Below are positions 25,740 through 34,664 of a stretch of DNA of 64,000 nucleotides, one piece after another. Every line of letters starts with the position of its first letter. Position 1 is the first letter of the stretch. The notes beneath the pieces were generated by a model. That model saw nothing but the letters and a program-made list of their open reading frames with translations, made no database searches and was not told the DNA's origin. A program made the position numbers and the translations under genes. Location of the stretch: positions 35,693-99,692 of the forward strand of contig JBBTQL010000004.1 in the NCBI GenBank assembly GCA_038065715.1, in the 5' to 3' direction. This stretch comes from Patescibacteria group bacterium (GTDB taxonomy: Bacteria; Patescibacteriota; Minisyncoccia; Minisyncoccales; Staskawiczbacteraceae).

Positions 25740-26726
25740 ATGAAAATTACTTTGCAACATAAATACGAAGACATCATAAGCGTTGAGAATATTTTGGAAG
25801 CATGGCAAGAGTTTCTTCTCGGCAAAAGAAACAAGCCCGATGTTCAAGAATTTTCTCTCTGTCTGATGAATAATGTTTTTAATTTGCACAACGACTTATC
25901 CAATCATACCTACAAACACGGAGGCTATCAACAATTTAAAATTAACGACCCAAAGCCAAGAACAATCCACAAAGCCAGCGTAAAAGACAGATTATTGCAC
26001 CACGCAGTATATCGTATATTATACCCGTTTTTTGATAAAAAGTTTATTGCAGACTCTTTCTCTTGCAGAAACAACAAAGGCACTCATAAAGCATTAAACA
26101 AATTCAGGGAGTTCAGCTATATTGTTTCCAAAAACAACACAAACACCTGCTGGATTTTAAAATGCGACATAAAAAAGTTTTTTGCCAGCGTTGATCAGCA
26201 GATACTAATTAAAATTTTAGAAAAATATATTTCAGAAAAAGATATTATCAACTTTCTAAAAGAAATAATTTTTGGTTTTAAACCCAATGGTTTGCCTCTC
26301 GGTAATTTGACTTCCCAGTTGTTCGCAAATGTTTATCTGAATGAATTTGACCAGTTTGTAAAACACAAATTGAAAGTAAAATACTATATTAGGTATGCCG
26401 ATGACTTCGTAATTTTATCAGAGAACAAAAATTATTTAAAAAACATAATTCCAGAGCTAAAATATTATTTAAAAAACAATTTAAAACTGGAAATTCATCC
26501 AAATAAAATTTTTATTAAAACATTGAATTCTGGCGTTGATTTTTTAGGCTGGATTAATTTTACAGATCATAGAGTTTTAAGGACAAAAACTAAAAACAGA
26601 ATATTAAAGAGAATAAAAAATAATTCAAGTATTGAAACATTAAATTCTTATTCGGGTTTGTTAAAACATGGAAATATGAACAAAATGATTAAGAAATTAT
26701 TTAAGGAAACGGAGATTGCTTTTTAA
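25740..26726 (+). CDS. DGR reverse transcriptase
   Basis: RT motifs incl. YADD and DGR-diagnostic LGNLTSQLFANVYL (IGxxxSQ); ~328 aa. Confidence 0.85.
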   Translation: MKITLQHKYEDIISVENILEAWQEFLLGKRNKPDVQEFSLCLMNNVFNLHNDLSNHTYKHGGYQQFKINDPKPRTIHKASVKDRLLHHAVYRILYPFFDKKFIADSFSCRNNKGTHKALNKFREFSYIVSKNNTNTCWILKCDIKKFFASVDQQILIKILEKYISEKDIINFLKEIIFGFKPNGLPLGNLTSQLFANVYLNEFDQFVKHKLKVKYYIRYADDFVILSENKNYLKNIIPELKYYLKNNLKLEIHPNKIFIKTLNSGVDFLGWINFTDHRVLRTKTKNRILKRIKNNSSIETLNSYSGLLKHGNMNKMIKKLFKETEIAF

Positions 26727-26752
26727 TCTATTTTGTGTTAGAATTAAAAATC

Positions 26753-27031
26753 ATGAAAAATTCAAAATCTGTTAAGAAATTTATTAGGACGCAAAAGGCG
26801 CAGATTAGGCGCCAGTTTTTTGATGTGAAAAAACAAGAAGCTGAAATAGCAGAGTTATATAAAAAAGTGGCAGGAACTGTGGTGGCGAAATCCTTCGACG
26901 CGGCTCAGGACGATGCTTCTACATTGAAAGCAGAAGTTAAAAAACCTGCCCGCAATGCTTCGCATAGCGATGCAGGCGGGGAGAAATCGAGAAAAGAAAT
27001 AAAGAAACAAAAGCTAAAAGTTAAATCTTAA
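26753..27031 (+). CDS. small basic protein, hypothetical
   Basis: K/R-rich; contains in-frame CCTTCGACGCGGCTCAGG hairpin element at 26891-26912. Confidence 0.35.
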   Translation: MKNSKSVKKFIRTQKAQIRRQFFDVKKQEAEIAELYKKVAGTVVAKSFDAAQDDASTLKAEVKKPARNASHSDAGGEKSRKEIKKQKLKVKS

Positions 27032-27038
27032 AAATAAG

Positions 27039-27983
27039 ATGAAAGTTATTGATATTCAAAATTTATTTATTAAGCTTGGAATGGAAGCCGATTTTCGCGG
27101 CAAAGACGGAGTGCAGAGTTTTTTGGATAACAAAAAGAAAAAGTTTGAAAAATTATCTTTACAGGAAAAAGAAGAATTTGATAAAGACGCTTTAGAAAAT
27201 CCTTATTTGGATTCAGGCATTTATAATATTTCAGACGATAAAGAAATAAAAAAAGTTTTAGTTGGGATTGATATTTCGCCCGCAGAAATTTTAATAGCAA
27301 AAGAGCTTGGCGGCATTGATTTAATTATCGCCCACCATCCAATAGGCAAGGGTTTGGCGCAGTTGGCAGATGTTATGAGCCTGCAGTGCGATGTTTTAAG
27401 TTATTACGGAGTTCCAATAAATATATCAGAAGGCTTAATGAAAGAAAGAATTTCAGAAGTGGCGCGAGGAGTTAATGCTTCAAACCACCAAAGAACAGTT
27501 GACGCGGCGAAACTTATGAATGTTAATTTAATGAATTCCCATACTCCAGCCGATAATTCTGCGGCAAAATTTTTAAGGGGTTTAATTGAAAACAAAAAAA
27601 TAGACAGGGTTTCAGACCTGATAAATATATTAAAAGAAATACCAGAATATAAAGAAGCTATGAAAATTGGAGTTGGCCCTAAAATTTTTGTGGGCACGCC
27701 CGAAAATCATTGCGGAAAAATTGCTTTATCTGAAATAACAGGAGGCACTGAAGGCTCTCCAAAGCTTTATGAAAAAATGGCCCAGGCTGGCATTGGAACT
27801 GTTGTTGGAATGCATATTTCAGAAGAGCATAAGAAAGAAGCAGAAAACGCCCACATTAATATTGTGATAGCTGGCCACATTTCTTCAGATTCGCTTGGCA
27901 TGAATTTATTAATGGACGAGCTGGAAAAACAGGGAATTGAAATTGTGCCTTGCTCTGGGTTCGCAAGATTTTCAAGAGTTTAA
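27039..27983 (+). CDS. Nif3-like dinuclear metal center protein
   Basis: IDLIIAHHPIGKG motif and length consistent with NIF3/YqfO family. Confidence 0.6.
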   Translation: MKVIDIQNLFIKLGMEADFRGKDGVQSFLDNKKKKFEKLSLQEKEEFDKDALENPYLDSGIYNISDDKEIKKVLVGIDISPAEILIAKELGGIDLIIAHHPIGKGLAQLADVMSLQCDVLSYYGVPINISEGLMKERISEVARGVNASNHQRTVDAAKLMNVNLMNSHTPADNSAAKFLRGLIENKKIDRVSDLINILKEIPEYKEAMKIGVGPKIFVGTPENHCGKIALSEITGGTEGSPKLYEKMAQAGIGTVVGMHISEEHKKEAENAHINIVIAGHISSDSLGMNLLMDELEKQGIEIVPCSGFARFSRV

Positions 27984-27990
27984 AAATTAC

Positions 27991-28018
27991 TTGACATTTG
28001 TTTTTTTGGGATTAAAAT
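27991..28018 (+). promoter_or_regulatory. sigma70-like promoter (TTGACA-16-TAAAAT)
   Basis: Perfect -35, good -10, immediately after Nif3 stop, drives 28025-28199 transcript. Confidence 0.45.
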
Positions 28019-28024
28019 GCAAAG

Positions 28025-28199
28025 TGAGGGGGTGAGAGATTTATTCTCAAGGACAGAATAGTTCTTAATGAAGGAGGTTTATGCATATGCCTAGCTTCAC
28101 ATTGTCCGAATCTAGTTTAAACAACAGGCCAAGAGCGTTGAGAATTATATACCCCCTCATCAAAAAAACCATCCTTCGATAAACTCAGGATGGTTTTTT
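28025..28199 (+). ncRNA. candidate small RNA / sORF-bearing transcript (33-aa ORF 28081-28182)
   Basis: Promoter and terminator ~175 nt apart; 5' GAGGGGGT pairs with 3' ACCCCCTC; internal strong SD AAGGAGGT then ATG; stop lies inside terminator stem. Confidence 0.35.
28169..28199 (+). terminator. rho-independent terminator (CCTTCGATAA-loop hairpin family)
   Basis: CCATCCT-TCGATAAACTC-AGGATGG then TTTTTT; near-identical hairpin at 36926-36955. Confidence 0.6.
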
Positions 28200-28282
28200 C
28201 GATTGATAAGGCGCATCTTTTTTGTTAATATACAAATAAAGGTCGTAACTTATTTTAGCTTTAAATTATTCAAATTTATTTT

Positions 28283-28561
28283 ATGCCAAAAGAAGAAAAA
28301 GCCCTGCCTGCCGTCAGGCAGGCAATTGGCAAAATTACTCACTATTTTTCTAATATAGGCGTGGCGGTTATTGATATTTCTGGTGTTTTAAAAGAAGGCG
28401 ATAGCATTAGAATTACAGGCGGAGAGAATACAGACTTTGAGCAAGAAGTTGATTCTATGCAGGTTGACCACAAGGAAGTAAAAACTGCCAAAAAAGGAGA
28501 TTCTGTGGGATTAAAAGTAAAAGAAAAAGTCAGAGAGGGATATAGCGTTTATAAAATTTAA
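28283..28561 (+). CDS. small beta-rich protein, hypothetical
   Basis: 92 aa ORF with A/T-rich upstream; no confident family assignment. Confidence 0.45.
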   Translation: MPKEEKALPAVRQAIGKITHYFSNIGVAVIDISGVLKEGDSIRITGGENTDFEQEVDSMQVDHKEVKTAKKGDSVGLKVKEKVREGYSVYKI

Positions 28562-28653
28562 AATTAAATTTTATAAACGAATTTTTAATTTTTAATTTAT
28601 AATTTTTAATTATAGTATCGCATAAATCGCGATAATGTTTATTTTATTTTAAA

Positions 28654-29085
28654 ATGGCAGAAAATATACAAGAAAAGATAGAAAATAAAATTATTGATTT
28701 AATAGCATTGGGAGCAGGAGGAAGGCTTATAGTTTTTAAGCCCCAAAATTCCTTCGGGCGTAGCTCGCAGCCGTTAGCTTACGAGCGAGGCCCAACGGGC
28801 GAGCCAACGGGCGAGGCGGATAAAGATTTGGTTGTAGAAAAAAAGGGCGATTATAAAAAAAAGCCGATTTTTTTAAAAATTTACGATAAAAAACTTTTTG
28901 ATAAAGTTTTAGCAGATAAGGATAAGGATAAAAACTTTTATTTAATTTTTGCGCGTTTTGACATCGTAAAGCAAGATATTGAAGACGAAATTTTTATTGT
29001 TTCATCCGTTGATTCAAAAAAGATTATAATGAGTAAAAAAGATTTTGTCAGATTTCTATTAGAAAAATTTGAAAAAAGAGAATAA
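28654..29085 (+). CDS. hypothetical protein with in-frame GC-rich tandem insert
   Basis: 143 aa; 28751-28815 GC-rich segment with CCAACGGGCGAG x2 tandem encoding PTGEPTGE. Confidence 0.45.
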   Translation: MAENIQEKIENKIIDLIALGAGGRLIVFKPQNSFGRSSQPLAYERGPTGEPTGEADKDLVVEKKGDYKKKPIFLKIYDKKLFDKVLADKDKDKNFYLIFARFDIVKQDIEDEIFIVSSVDSKKIIMSKKDFVRFLLEKFEKRE

Positions 29086-29087
29086 TT

Positions 29088-30386
29088 ATGAAGTTTGCAG
29101 CTGATTTTCATATACACTCAAAATATTCAAGAGCCACTTCCCCTTCAATGGACTTGGAAAATTTAGATAAATGGGCAAAAATTAAAGGCATTAAGGTTTT
29201 AGGAACAGGAGATTTTACTCATCCTGGTTGGCTTAAGAATTTAAAAGAAAAATTGAGCCCCGCTGAGCGGGGTCTTTTTTGCGCCCAAGGCGCATCCGCC
29301 TTGGGCGCAAAGCTTAATGATAATTTTGCTACTAGGTTTTTACTTACAGCTGAGATTAGCTGTATATATTCTAAGGCTGGTAAAGTTAGAAAAATCCATA
29401 TTATAATTTTTGCCCCCTCATTTGAGGCAGTAGAAAAAATTAATTTAAAACTGGGCCAAATTGGAAATTTAAAAGCAGATGGCAGGCCTATTTTAGGCCT
29501 TGATGCAAAAGAATTGGCTAAAATTATTTTTGACGCAGATGAAAATTGCATGGTTGCGCCGGCTCATATGTGGACGCCATGGTTTTCTGTTTTCGGTTCA
29601 AAATCAGGCTTTAATTCAATGGAAGAGTGTTTTGAAGAATATTCAAAATATATTTACGCTGGCGAAACTGGTTTGTCTTCTGACCCGGCAATGAACTGGC
29701 GGCTTTCACAATTAGATAAAATTACCTTGATTTCTAATAGCGACGCCCATTCCCCCAGTAAAATCGGTAGAGAAGCGAATTTTTTTGATACAGAAATGAG
29801 TTATATTGGGATAATAGACATAATAAAAAACCCCATTAGAAAGCCTTCGGCTTCTAACGGGGCAAGGTTTTTGTATACAATAGAATTTTTTCCAGAAGAA
29901 GGAAAGTATCATTATGACGGCCATAGGTCGTGCGACATAAGATTATCTCCGCAAGAATCAAAAAGATATAACAATATTTGCCCAAAATGCCAAAAACCTC
30001 TTGTTATTGGAGTTTTAAACAGAGTTGAGGAGCTGGCTGATAGGCCTGAAGGATTCCAGCCAGAAAATGCTGTACCTTTTAAAAGCTTAATTCCATTAGA
30101 AGAAATAATCGCTGAATCTATCGGCGTTACGACTGCGTCAAAACAAGTCGCTAAATTTTATAATAATTTAATAAAAAATATAGGCAGCGAGTTTAAAATT
30201 TTGTTAGAAGCAGATAAAGAAGAAATTAAAAAAATAAGTTTGCCTGCCATTGCAGAAGGTATTATAAAAGTTAGGGAAGGGAAAATTTATATTGAGCCGG
30301 GTTACGATGGAGTCTATGGAAAAATAAAAATTTTTGCAAAACCAGAGGAAAAAAAATTTTTATTTTCACAAAAAACATTATTTTAA
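29088..30386 (+). CDS. PHP (polymerase and histidinol phosphatase) domain protein
   Basis: DFHIHSKYSRATS N-terminal His motif of PHP family; 432 aa; terminator-like hairpin pair inserted in frame at 29257-29308. Confidence 0.75.
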   Translation: MKFAADFHIHSKYSRATSPSMDLENLDKWAKIKGIKVLGTGDFTHPGWLKNLKEKLSPAERGLFCAQGASALGAKLNDNFATRFLLTAEISCIYSKAGKVRKIHIIIFAPSFEAVEKINLKLGQIGNLKADGRPILGLDAKELAKIIFDADENCMVAPAHMWTPWFSVFGSKSGFNSMEECFEEYSKYIYAGETGLSSDPAMNWRLSQLDKITLISNSDAHSPSKIGREANFFDTEMSYIGIIDIIKNPIRKPSASNGARFLYTIEFFPEEGKYHYDGHRSCDIRLSPQESKRYNNICPKCQKPLVIGVLNRVEELADRPEGFQPENAVPFKSLIPLEEIIAESIGVTTASKQVAKFYNNLIKNIGSEFKILLEADKEEIKKISLPAIAEGIIKVREGKIYIEPGYDGVYGKIKIFAKPEEKKFLFSQKTLF

Positions 30387-30486
30387 TAAAGTTATTAACC
30401 CTTGCGCTATTATGTTTGCTATTATAAAATTATTCAACGGTGTTTTTTTAGTTCATTGAAAATCAGTAGAACAAGGAGGTTTTAAT

Positions 30487-30708
30487 ATGTCTGCCTGTGC
30501 GAAAACAGAACATAAAAAAGAATTGAAGAAGAAGCTAATTTATAGCGTAATATTTGAAAACGATGGAGAAGAATCATCAAACATGACAGAAATATTTGCA
30601 TTAATAGAAGAAAAAATAAACACCGCTGAAAGGCAGGGCAAGAGAGTTAAATTGTGTATATGTTTTGTTGATGATGTAATATTAAAAATATATCCTTTTT
30701 GTGTTTAA
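30487..30708 (+). CDS. small hypothetical protein
   Basis: 73 aa; strong RBS ACAAGGAGGT upstream. Confidence 0.4.
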   Translation: MSACAKTEHKKELKKKLIYSVIFENDGEESSNMTEIFALIEEKINTAERQGKRVKLCICFVDDVILKIYPFCV

Positions 30709-30845
30709 TATAAATATGGGTTATCATTGCGATAGCCTTTTTTTATTATAAAAACAGCTCCGAAAATTGAGGGGTTGACATTTTTAAGAAAATAAATAAG
30801 ATTAAAGAACCCTAAGGGAAAGAAAATTAAGTTTGAAGAGAAATC

Positions 30846-31322
30846 ATGGACGAAAAGAAATTTTATTTAACTAAACAAAAATTAGCAGAATTGGAAAAAG
30901 AGCATAAAAAAATGCTTGCTTTTGAAAAAAATAAGGCAACAGGAGAAGAAGCGCCCAAAATTTTTGAATCCGAGGATATAAATCCAGAATTTATCAGTTT
31001 TCAAGAGGACATGATTTTTTTGAGGTCCAGAATTAAAGAATTAGAAAATATTTTAGCCAACTATGAATTGATTAAAAATCCTACGAAAGAAAATAAAAAC
31101 ATCGTTAATTTAGGGGCTAAAGTTTTGCTGGAAATAGACGGACAAAAAGACCAATTTATAATCACTGGCACCCTTGAGGCTAATCCGTCTTTAGGGAAAA
31201 TAAGCAACGAATCTCCTGTAGGAAAGGCGCTTATGGGGCATAAAATTGGAGACGAGGTCGTTGTTTCTTCCCCTATTAAGACAACATATAAAATAAAAAA
31301 CATAAAATACGAAATTAGCTAA
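30846..31322 (+). CDS. greA: transcription elongation factor GreA
   Basis: N-terminal coiled coil; C-terminal FKBP-like ...GKALMGHKIGDEVVVSSP... Confidence 0.85.
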   Translation: MDEKKFYLTKQKLAELEKEHKKMLAFEKNKATGEEAPKIFESEDINPEFISFQEDMIFLRSRIKELENILANYELIKNPTKENKNIVNLGAKVLLEIDGQKDQFIITGTLEANPSLGKISNESPVGKALMGHKIGDEVVVSSPIKTTYKIKNIKYEIS

Positions 31323-31326
31323 GCAT

Positions 31327-31962
31327 ATGAAAGATTTGGTTAATTTTTTTCATCAAGTCGGCAAGCTAAAAGATATGCCGAGGCGCGGCTGGGTGATAAA
31401 TGATATTAAAAATCCAGAAAGCATTGCTGAGCATATTTTTCGAGCCTCTTTAATGGTTTGGATTTTGGGCAGTAAAAAGAAGCTTAATATAGAAAGAGTT
31501 TTAAAGATGGCTTTGATCCATGATTTGTGTGAGATATATGCTGGCGACACAACTCCCTATGATTCTATTTTGCCAAAAAATCACAAAAAAAGAAAAGAGT
31601 TTATGAAGACCTGGCCAAGGTTTTCAGATAAAGAAAAAAAGAGGTTAAGCGAAAAAAAGCATAAAAAAGAAAAAATTGCTTTAGAAAAACTTCTTAAAAA
31701 TTTACCAAGAGAATTAAGCAGTGAAATTAAACATTTGTGGTATGATTATGAAAAAGGTTTGACCAAAGAGGGAAGATTTTTTAAACAAACAGATCGTCTC
31801 GAAAATTTTTTACAGGCAATGGAATATTGGAAAAAGTATAAAAAGCCGCCGCAAGGGCCTTGGTGGGAATGGGCAAGAGAATTTTTTGACGACCCCGTCT
31901 CACTTGAGTTTGTTGAAGAAATGGCTAAAAAGTTTCACCATAAAATTAAACCAAGAGCCTAA
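31327..31962 (+). CDS. HD domain hydrolase (YfbR-like)
   Basis: IAEHIFRASLMVWIL ... ALIHDLCEIYAGDTTPYD HD motif. Confidence 0.7.
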   Translation: MKDLVNFFHQVGKLKDMPRRGWVINDIKNPESIAEHIFRASLMVWILGSKKKLNIERVLKMALIHDLCEIYAGDTTPYDSILPKNHKKRKEFMKTWPRFSDKEKKRLSEKKHKKEKIALEKLLKNLPRELSSEIKHLWYDYEKGLTKEGRFFKQTDRLENFLQAMEYWKKYKKPPQGPWWEWAREFFDDPVSLEFVEEMAKKFHHKIKPRA

Positions 31963-32048
31963 AAAAAACAAAACTCCAAAATGGGGTTTTTTGTTTTTAG
32001 TTTAATAACAGGATATAATAAATATATAATTAAAAATATTCTATTAAA

Positions 32049-32690
32049 ATGCCAAAACTTATAAACAAGATTATTAAAGTATTAATAACAAGCGATTTCT
32101 TTTTGAATTTAGGCTGGGGTCTTTTGTCGCCTATTTTTGCCTTATTTATTTTAGAAAAAATAACAATTGGAAACCCAGCGAAGGCTGCGGAGGTGGCTGG
32201 ATTTGCTGCATTATTTTATTGGATATCAAAATCATCTATAGAAATACCCATAGGCAGATTTTTAGATAAAAATAAAGGGGAAAAAGATGATTTTTGGTTT
32301 ATGGTCAGCGGACTTTTTATAGTGGGATTAGTGCCTATTGGATATTTATTTTCCACATCTCCTTGGCAAATTTATTTTTTTCAGATAATTCATGCTGTTG
32401 GCATGGCAATGACTTTGCCTTCTTGGCTGGCAATTTTTACCCGCCATATAGATAAAGGCAAGGAAGCATTTGAATGGAGTATGGAAACCACATCTATGGG
32501 AGCTGGAGCCGGAATAGCTGGAGGATTGGGGGGTATTATAGCCTCGGTTTTTGGCTTTAAAATACTTTTTATTTTTGTAAGCTCTCTTACAATATTTTCT
32601 GCATTTTTGTTATTGTTTGTAAAAAACGATATTTCTGCAAAACCAGCTGGCGTTAAAATATATGCAGAAAAACCAGTAGTAGAACCATAG
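32049..32690 (+). CDS. membrane protein (MFS-like, six TM)
   Basis: 213 aa; multiple TM helices; G-rich TM motifs. Confidence 0.5.
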   Translation: MPKLINKIIKVLITSDFFLNLGWGLLSPIFALFILEKITIGNPAKAAEVAGFAALFYWISKSSIEIPIGRFLDKNKGEKDDFWFMVSGLFIVGLVPIGYLFSTSPWQIYFFQIIHAVGMAMTLPSWLAIFTRHIDKGKEAFEWSMETTSMGAGAGIAGGLGGIIASVFGFKILFIFVSSLTIFSAFLLLFVKNDISAKPAGVKIYAEKPVVEP

Positions 32691-32697
32691 TATAGTT

Positions 32698-34527
32698 ATG
32701 AAGAACAAGGAAATTGCTAAAATATTTTATGAAATAGCGAAATTTTTAGAAATAGAAAGAGTGGCTTTTAAGCCCTATGCTTATGAAAGGGCTGGTAATT
32801 CCTTAGAAGCATTGAAAGAAGATGTGGGCGATATTTATAGAAAAGGCGGGGCAAAGGCTTTGCAGGAAATTTCAGGAGTCGGCAAAAATATTGCAGGGCA
32901 TATTGAAGAGTATTTAAAAAATGGAAAGGTAAAAATCTACGAACAGCTTAAAAAGAAATTGCCCCTTAAAATAGATGAGTTGATTAAAGTAGAAGGTTTG
33001 GGCCCAAGAAAAATAAAAATTCTTTATCAAAAATTAGGCGTTAAAAATTTGAAAGATTTGGAAAAGATGGCTAAGGCGCATAAAATAGCCCCGCTTTTCG
33101 GTTTTGGAGAAAAAACAGAAAATAATATTTTAGAAGGCATTGAATTTTTAAAAAGAAGCAAAGGCCGGTCTCGTTTGGGAGACATAATGCCAATAGTAGA
33201 AGAAATTTTTGAAAATTTAAAAAATTTAAAAGAGGTTGAAAAAATCAGTTTAGCTGGCTCTTTAAGAAGAAGAAAAGAAACTATTGGAGATGTTGATATT
33301 TTAGTGGTTTCCCGCCCAGCAGGGCGAGGCTCGCCTGGTGAGGCGGCTAATAAAGTAATGGATTTTTTTGTTTCTCAAGAGGGCGTAGAAAAAGTATGGG
33401 GCAAAGGAGGAACAAAAGCATCGGTTCATATGAAATATGGATTTGATATGGATTTAAGAATTGTTCCCGAAAAAAGTTATGGCTCTGCTTTGCAATACTT
33501 TACCGGGTCAAAAGACCACAATATTGTTACAAGAAAAATTGCCATAGAAAAAGGCCTAAAATTAAGCGAGTACGGAGTTTTTAAAGGAAAAAAACAGATT
33601 GCCGGTAAAACAGAAGAAGATGTTTATAAAGCAATTGGTTTGCCATTTATAGAACCAGAATTAAGAGAAAACGAAGGCGAAATTGAGGCGGCTCTTCGAC
33701 AAGCTCAGGGTAAACTTCCGGGATTGCCAAAAATAGTTGAGTTAAAAGATATAAGGGGGGACTTACATTGCCATTCAAAACCCGATGGAGTCGCCCATTT
33801 GAATGTCGGAGAAAAATCGATTGAAGAAATGGCTAAAGTGGCAATGGCTATGGGTTACGAATATATTGGAATTTCTGATCATACAAAATTTTTAAAAATT
33901 GATGATGGTTTAGACGAGAAACAATTATTAAAACAAAATGAAGCAATAAAAAAAATAAATACCCGCCTCCGCCAACCTGCGCTTCGCCAAAGGCTTCGGC
34001 AAGGCGAGGGCTTCGGCGGGCAAGAAAAATTTCGCATACTTCACGGATGCGAGGCAAATATTCTACCGGACGGTTCAATAGATATTAAAGACGAAGTTTT
34101 GGCTCAATTAGATTATGTTATAGCTGGCGTTCACAATGCTTTAAAACAAGAAAAACTAAAAATGACAGAAAGGTTAATAAGAGCAATGAAAAATCCGAAT
34201 GTTGATATTATTTCGCATCCAACGGGCAGATTAATAGGCAGCAGAGACGAATATCAAATTGATTTTGATAAAATTTTAGAAATAGCAAAAGAAACCGGAA
34301 CAATTTTGGAAATTAATTCGTCTCCTTACAGATTAGATTTAAAAGACTTATATGTCAGAAGAGCAAAAAATGAAGGCGTGAAAATGATTATAAATACCGA
34401 CAGCCACCAAAAAGAGCAATTAAATCTTATGGAATATGGAGTTTCGCAAGCCAGAAGAGGTTGGGCGGAGAGAGAGGATATTATAAACACAAATTCATTA
34501 GACGGATTATTAAAATATTTTAAATGA
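32698..34527 (+). CDS. polX: DNA polymerase X family protein with C-terminal PHP domain
   Basis: HhH GVGKNIAGHIEEYL; Pol beta nucleotidyltransferase GSLRRRKETIGDVDILV; PHP DLHCHSKPDG; in-frame GC insert 33964-34023. Confidence 0.85.
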   Translation: MKNKEIAKIFYEIAKFLEIERVAFKPYAYERAGNSLEALKEDVGDIYRKGGAKALQEISGVGKNIAGHIEEYLKNGKVKIYEQLKKKLPLKIDELIKVEGLGPRKIKILYQKLGVKNLKDLEKMAKAHKIAPLFGFGEKTENNILEGIEFLKRSKGRSRLGDIMPIVEEIFENLKNLKEVEKISLAGSLRRRKETIGDVDILVVSRPAGRGSPGEAANKVMDFFVSQEGVEKVWGKGGTKASVHMKYGFDMDLRIVPEKSYGSALQYFTGSKDHNIVTRKIAIEKGLKLSEYGVFKGKKQIAGKTEEDVYKAIGLPFIEPELRENEGEIEAALRQAQGKLPGLPKIVELKDIRGDLHCHSKPDGVAHLNVGEKSIEEMAKVAMAMGYEYIGISDHTKFLKIDDGLDEKQLLKQNEAIKKINTRLRQPALRQRLRQGEGFGGQEKFRILHGCEANILPDGSIDIKDEVLAQLDYVIAGVHNALKQEKLKMTERLIRAMKNPNVDIISHPTGRLIGSRDEYQIDFDKILEIAKETGTILEINSSPYRLDLKDLYVRRAKNEGVKMIINTDSHQKEQLNLMEYGVSQARRGWAEREDIINTNSLDGLLKYFK

Positions 34528-34664
34528 AATTTAAAAATTTGACACAGAGTTGAGGGGGGGGTATTATAAGATAATATCAAAAATATCAAATTTTTAGTTT
34601 TTAATTTCTAATTTTTTAAATAATTTTTCAATTTTAGAATTTTAAAATTAAAATTTAATAGCAT

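Larger units (their letters stand above)
24041..26726 (+). mobile_element. diversity-generating retroelement cassette DGR-1 (leader, target+VR, TR, avd, RT)
   Basis: VR/TR pair with adenine-specific mismatches plus DGR-type RT; see component features. Confidence 0.8.
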
